Assembly: GCA_015231825.1 (NCBI GenBank)
Contig: JADGAV010000003.1
Coordinates: forward strand, 178,954-242,953
DNA length: 64,000 bases
DNA from: SAR324 cluster bacterium
GTDB lineage: Bacteria > SAR324 > NAC60-12
Direction: 5' to 3'
The translations under genes were made by a program, and so were the position numbers. How positions within the stretch are numbered: position 1 is the stretch's first letter; every line of letters starts with the position of its first letter. Shown here piece after piece: positions 60,603 to 64,000 of the stretch. The notes beneath the pieces are model-generated. The model had not been told where the DNA came from and made no database searches. It saw only the letters and a list, made by a program, of their open reading frames with translations.

Positions 60603-63158
60603 ATGATCGAAAAAACTAACAAAACAGCAATCGCCGTCAAGGGAATCTCAAAAAGTTTTCCTGGAGTGCAGGCACTTAAAAATGTGTCATTTGAGTGTAA
60701 AAAAGGAGAAATTCACGCCCTCATTGGAGAAAACGGCGCAGGAAAATCAACTTTAATGAAAATTATCGAAGGCGTGTTCCCTGCAGATGAGGGTTCTATT
60801 TTTATGGACGGCAAACCCGTTTTTTTCCGTCAGCCATCCGATTCACTCGCTCATGGAATCACAATGGTTTATCAGGACTCAAACCTGATCGAGGATTTGG
60901 ATGTCGCTCAAAATATCTGGTTAGGGCGTGAGCCCGGAGGCAGGTTCATTTTCAACCGTAAAAAAATGAACCATCAGGCTCAGCAGCTGGTCGAAAAACT
61001 CGGAGAAAAAATCGATGCCAGGAGCTTGGTCAGTGAACTTTCTGTATCAGAAAAACAAATTGTTGAAATCGCTCGTGCATTGAGCTTTGATTCTCAAATA
61101 CTGATTCTTGATGAACCCACCTCTACCCTGGGTGCCAGTGAGTCTCAACGTCTATTTGATATTCTTGATCATTTGCGGAGACAGGGTACGAGCATCATTT
61201 TTATTTCCCATCGACTCCCGGAAGTACTCTCTATTGCCGATCGCATAACTGTTCTGAAAGACGGAGAGATCGTCGGCACCGTTTCCAGCAGTTCAACAAA
61301 TTCTGATGAAATTGTAACGATGATGGTGGGAAGAACGCTCGATACTGCATTTCCTCCAAGAGCCCAATCCTTCGGGGAAAAAATTCTGGAAGTCAAAAAC
61401 CTGCAGTCATCTTCAAGCTTTCACAATGTGAATTTTAGTGTACGATCCGGAGAAATTTTGGGGATCGGCGGTATTCAAGGCAATGGACAGCAAGAGATTG
61501 TTCGTTCTCTTTTCGGACTATGTTCATCGGAAGGGACGGTCACAATCGACGGTGCTGAAGCGGATTTAAGCTCCCCTTCAAAAGCTATTCAATCCGGTGT
61601 TATTTATGTTGCGGCCGATCGGCGTAAAGAGGGGCTGTTTCTTCCTCATTCCATACGAAAAAACATCAGCGTCCCTCATCTTTCCAAGTGGTCTCATCTG
61701 GGATTTGTTAACCGGAAGGCAGAGAAAAAGTCGGTTCTGGAACAAATCAATGCCCTTAAAATTCGAACTCCTTCTGATGAAAAATCAGTCGGTATGTTGA
61801 GCGGAGGCAATCAACAAAAAGTCGTATTTGCCCGATGGTATTTGGCCAAAACCAGGGTCTATATTTTTGATGAACCGACCCAGGGTGTTGATGTGGCAAC
61901 CAAACTCGAAATTTATCGACTGATTCGGGAAATGGCGGCTGAAGGAATTGCCGTCATCGTATTGTCCTCTGATGTCATGGAACTCAACGGACTTTGTGAT
62001 CGAATTTTGGTTGTTGCTCATGGAACTGTTGTAGACGAAGTTGCAGGAGCAGATGCGACTGAAGAACGAGTCATTGGGAGCGCCGTCACCGCTGAGTCAG
62101 ATAAAACTCAACTTTCGGAAACACAAGTTCGTCAGACAAATACTTTGTCAAAAACAAGCATTTTTTTGAAACGCTACGCTCCTTCTCTTTTGCTGTTAGC
62201 GCTGCTCCTTGTGATTGGAGGATTCACTGCCAATAAATCTCCTTACTTTTTGACATCTAGAAATTTTGCTTCCCTTGCCATACTGATCGCACCGCTCGCA
62301 TTGGCAGCATTCGGGCAAATGCTGGTGATCACGCTGGGAGGAATAGATTTGTCAATGGGGCCAACAATTAGTATGACGACCGCCATTGCTTCCTTTACAA
62401 TCATCGGTGAATCTGTCTTTTCAATTGTCACAGGAGTGCTTATCTGTCTTGCGGCAGGGATCGTCGTCGGATTGCTGAATGGGATTCTGATCCGGGTATT
62501 TAAGATTTCCGATCTGGTCAGCACCTTAGCAACCTATTCCATTATTTACGGGTTAGCCCTGGTAATCAGGCCAACACCGGGTGGTTTGATAAACTTTGAT
62601 TTTCTTGATTTCGTTGAATTTCGATGGGGAGTTGTTCCGGTTGTTTTTATTATAACCGTTCTTTTATACGTGGGATTGGAATTTCTTTTATTACGTGGCA
62701 CTATTGGAACAAAACTGTACGCAACAGGGTCGAATGAGTACGTTGCATTCAATCTGGGTATACGCGTCGGATGGGTCAGGGTTGGCGCATACATTTTCTC
62801 GGGCCTTACTGCTTCTCTGGCAGGATTAGTGGTGGCCGCCCGGATCGGGAGCGGCGACGTGCAATCAGGGCTCCCTTTCACAATCACTTCAATTACCGCC
62901 GTTGTTGTCGGAGGGGCAAGCATTTTTGGAGGACGAAGCACTGCCGTCGGCACTTTTTTAGGAGTCACTCTGGTGATTTTCATTCAAAATTCGTTGAATT
63001 TTCTCCACGTTTCTGCCTATTGGCAATATATCTGGGCAGGAGGACTGACACTCTTTGCGGTTGCAATATATTCGCTACAAACAGAGACGCCGATAAAGTG
63101 GCAGCAGCAGCTGAAGCAGATCAATTTTTTGAGTTCCGGCAAAGCACAAAAGTCGTAA
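60603..63158 (+). CDS. Fused sugar ABC ATPase (RbsA-like, two NBDs) plus permease (RbsC-like)
   Basis: GENGAGKST, ILDEPT, LSGGNQQK and FDEPTQGVD, then an in-frame linker and permease motifs GGIDLS and ITAVVVGGASIFGG. Confidence 0.92.
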   Translation: MIEKTNKTAIAVKGISKSFPGVQALKNVSFECKKGEIHALIGENGAGKSTLMKIIEGVFPADEGSIFMDGKPVFFRQPSDSLAHGITMVYQDSNLIEDLDVAQNIWLGREPGGRFIFNRKKMNHQAQQLVEKLGEKIDARSLVSELSVSEKQIVEIARALSFDSQILILDEPTSTLGASESQRLFDILDHLRRQGTSIIFISHRLPEVLSIADRITVLKDGEIVGTVSSSSTNSDEIVTMMVGRTLDTAFPPRAQSFGEKILEVKNLQSSSSFHNVNFSVRSGEILGIGGIQGNGQQEIVRSLFGLCSSEGTVTIDGAEADLSSPSKAIQSGVIYVAADRRKEGLFLPHSIRKNISVPHLSKWSHLGFVNRKAEKKSVLEQINALKIRTPSDEKSVGMLSGGNQQKVVFARWYLAKTRVYIFDEPTQGVDVATKLEIYRLIREMAAEGIAVIVLSSDVMELNGLCDRILVVAHGTVVDEVAGADATEERVIGSAVTAESDKTQLSETQVRQTNTLSKTSIFLKRYAPSLLLLALLLVIGGFTANKSPYFLTSRNFASLAILIAPLALAAFGQMLVITLGGIDLSMGPTISMTTAIASFTIIGESVFSIVTGVLICLAAGIVVGLLNGILIRVFKISDLVSTLATYSIIYGLALVIRPTPGGLINFDFLDFVEFRWGVVPVVFIITVLLYVGLEFLLLRGTIGTKLYATGSNEYVAFNLGIRVGWVRVGAYIFSGLTASLAGLVVAARIGSGDVQSGLPFTITSITAVVVGGASIFGGRSTAVGTFLGVTLVIFIQNSLNFLHVSAYWQYIWAGGLTLFAVAIYSLQTETPIKWQQQLKQINFLSSGKAQKS

Positions 63159-63196
63159 CTCTCTCAAAAAAAGTAAACCTCTTTTAATAAAAATAT

Positions 63197-64000
63197 ATGC
63201 AAAATATTGAATGCGTTGTTGATGCTAAGAATAAACTGGGTGAGGTTCCGGTATGGTGTCCCCGGGAACAGGCATTGTACTGGATTGACATAGAGGGCTG
63301 TCTGCTCCAGCGATTCATTCCTGAACTGGGTGAGGTAAAAGTATGGAAAATGCCGGAAAGAATCGGTTCTTTTGCAATCAGAGAAACGGGAGGACTGATT
63401 GTCGCTTTTGCATCTGGATTTGCATTTTACGACTTGGAAACTGAAAAAATTCAGTGGCTTTCCAAACCGGAATCACATATTCCCCGAAATCGCTTCAATG
63501 ATGGCAAATGCGACCGGAATGGCAGATTTTGGGCGGGGACCATGGACGATCAACTTTCTGAACACACGGCTGCACTCTACTGCTATAATCCCGACGGGAC
63601 AGTCCAGCAAAGGCTCAAGGATGTCGGCATATCCAACAGTTTAGCCTGGTCTCCCGAAAATGATAAATTCTATTTTGCCGATACTTTGGACGGTTCAATA
63701 TACGTTTTCGATTACGATCATGACAGCGGTCAAATCGCCAACAAACGTGTTTTTGCAACAACAGAAGAGCAACCGGGAGTGCCGGATGGATCAACAATTG
63801 ATGAAGAAGGCTATCTTTGGAATGCTCAGTGGGATGGGTGGCGACTCGTCCGTTATGCACCCTCCGGGGAGATCAATCAAATTGTGGATCTTCCTGTGCA
63901 AAAGCCCACGAGTTGCATGTTTGGCGGAGCGAACTTAGACACCCTCTACGTGACATCCGCTATTTGGGATCTTTCTTCTGAACAATTGAAAAAGCAACCT
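63197..64000 (+). CDS. SMP-30/gluconolactonase/LRE family lactonase, truncated by the window end
   Basis: Not in the ORF track because it has no stop in the window. Manual translation from ATG 63197 gives MQNIECVVDAKNKLGEVPVW...LYWIDI...RFNDGKCDRNGRFWAGTM...ISNSLAWSP...GVPDGSTIDEEGYLWNAQW...PTSCMFGG. Confidence 0.93.
   Translation, partial: MQNIECVVDAKNKLGEVPVWCPREQALYWIDIEGCLLQRFIPELGEVKVWKMPERIGSFAIRETGGLIVAFASGFAFYDLETEKIQWLSKPESHIPRNRFNDGKCDRNGRFWAGTMDDQLSEHTAALYCYNPDGTVQQRLKDVGISNSLAWSPENDKFYFADTLDGSIYVFDYDHDSGQIANKRVFATTEEQPGVPDGSTIDEEGYLWNAQWDGWRLVRYAPSGEINQIVDLPVQKPTSCMFGGANLDTLYVTSAIWDLSSEQLKKQP

Noticed and set aside
57205-63158. AI-2 (Lsr) transporter to go with lsrF
   Set aside because: It lies ~15 kb from lsrF, is flanked by a dehydratase and a lactonase rather than lsrK/lsrG/lsrR, and the binding protein is not recognisably LsrB.

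Overview
Gene-dense chromosomal window of moderate GC from a Gram-negative bacterium. The gene content resembles Deltaproteobacteria/SAR324, but that placement is inference only. I found no rRNA, tRNA, CRISPR array, transposase or integrase. From left to right: a truncated RND pump plus its adaptor, ybiI (DksA/TraR), an orphan LivK-type binding protein, scpB with a zinc peptidase, an LhgO-like oxidase with a DUF4105/Lnb-like protein, moeA-moaC-modB-phosphoesterase, and a GcvA-type LysR/DUF1127 pair. Next is a ~21 kb catabolic island (GST, two acyl-CoA ligases, iorAB, binding protein plus hybrid kinase, a clear DpgC homologue, a beta-hydroxyacid dehydrogenase, a hydantoinase/oxoprolinase pair with a fused acetone-carboxylase-gamma-like Zn domain, a cupin and a PuuE-like deacetylase). 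It is followed by two divergent secreted modular proteins that share an Ig-like domain, one carrying three exact-length copies of a 112-aa domain I cannot assign. The window ends with an orphan lsrF and galactoside/sugar-acid clusters (AraC, GH4, ABC, LacZ, CitE-like lyase, esterase, FAH-family hydratase, DgoD-like dehydratase, ABC with fused ATPase-permease, lactonase). The best candidate for an undescribed system is the DpgC-IorAB-CoA ligase-lactamase island, read as an O2-dependent arylacetyl-CoA alpha-oxidation catabolic route, possibly oxindole to anthraniloyl-CoA. The second is the secreted modular protein pair. All family calls are motif recognition by eye; no database searches were run.
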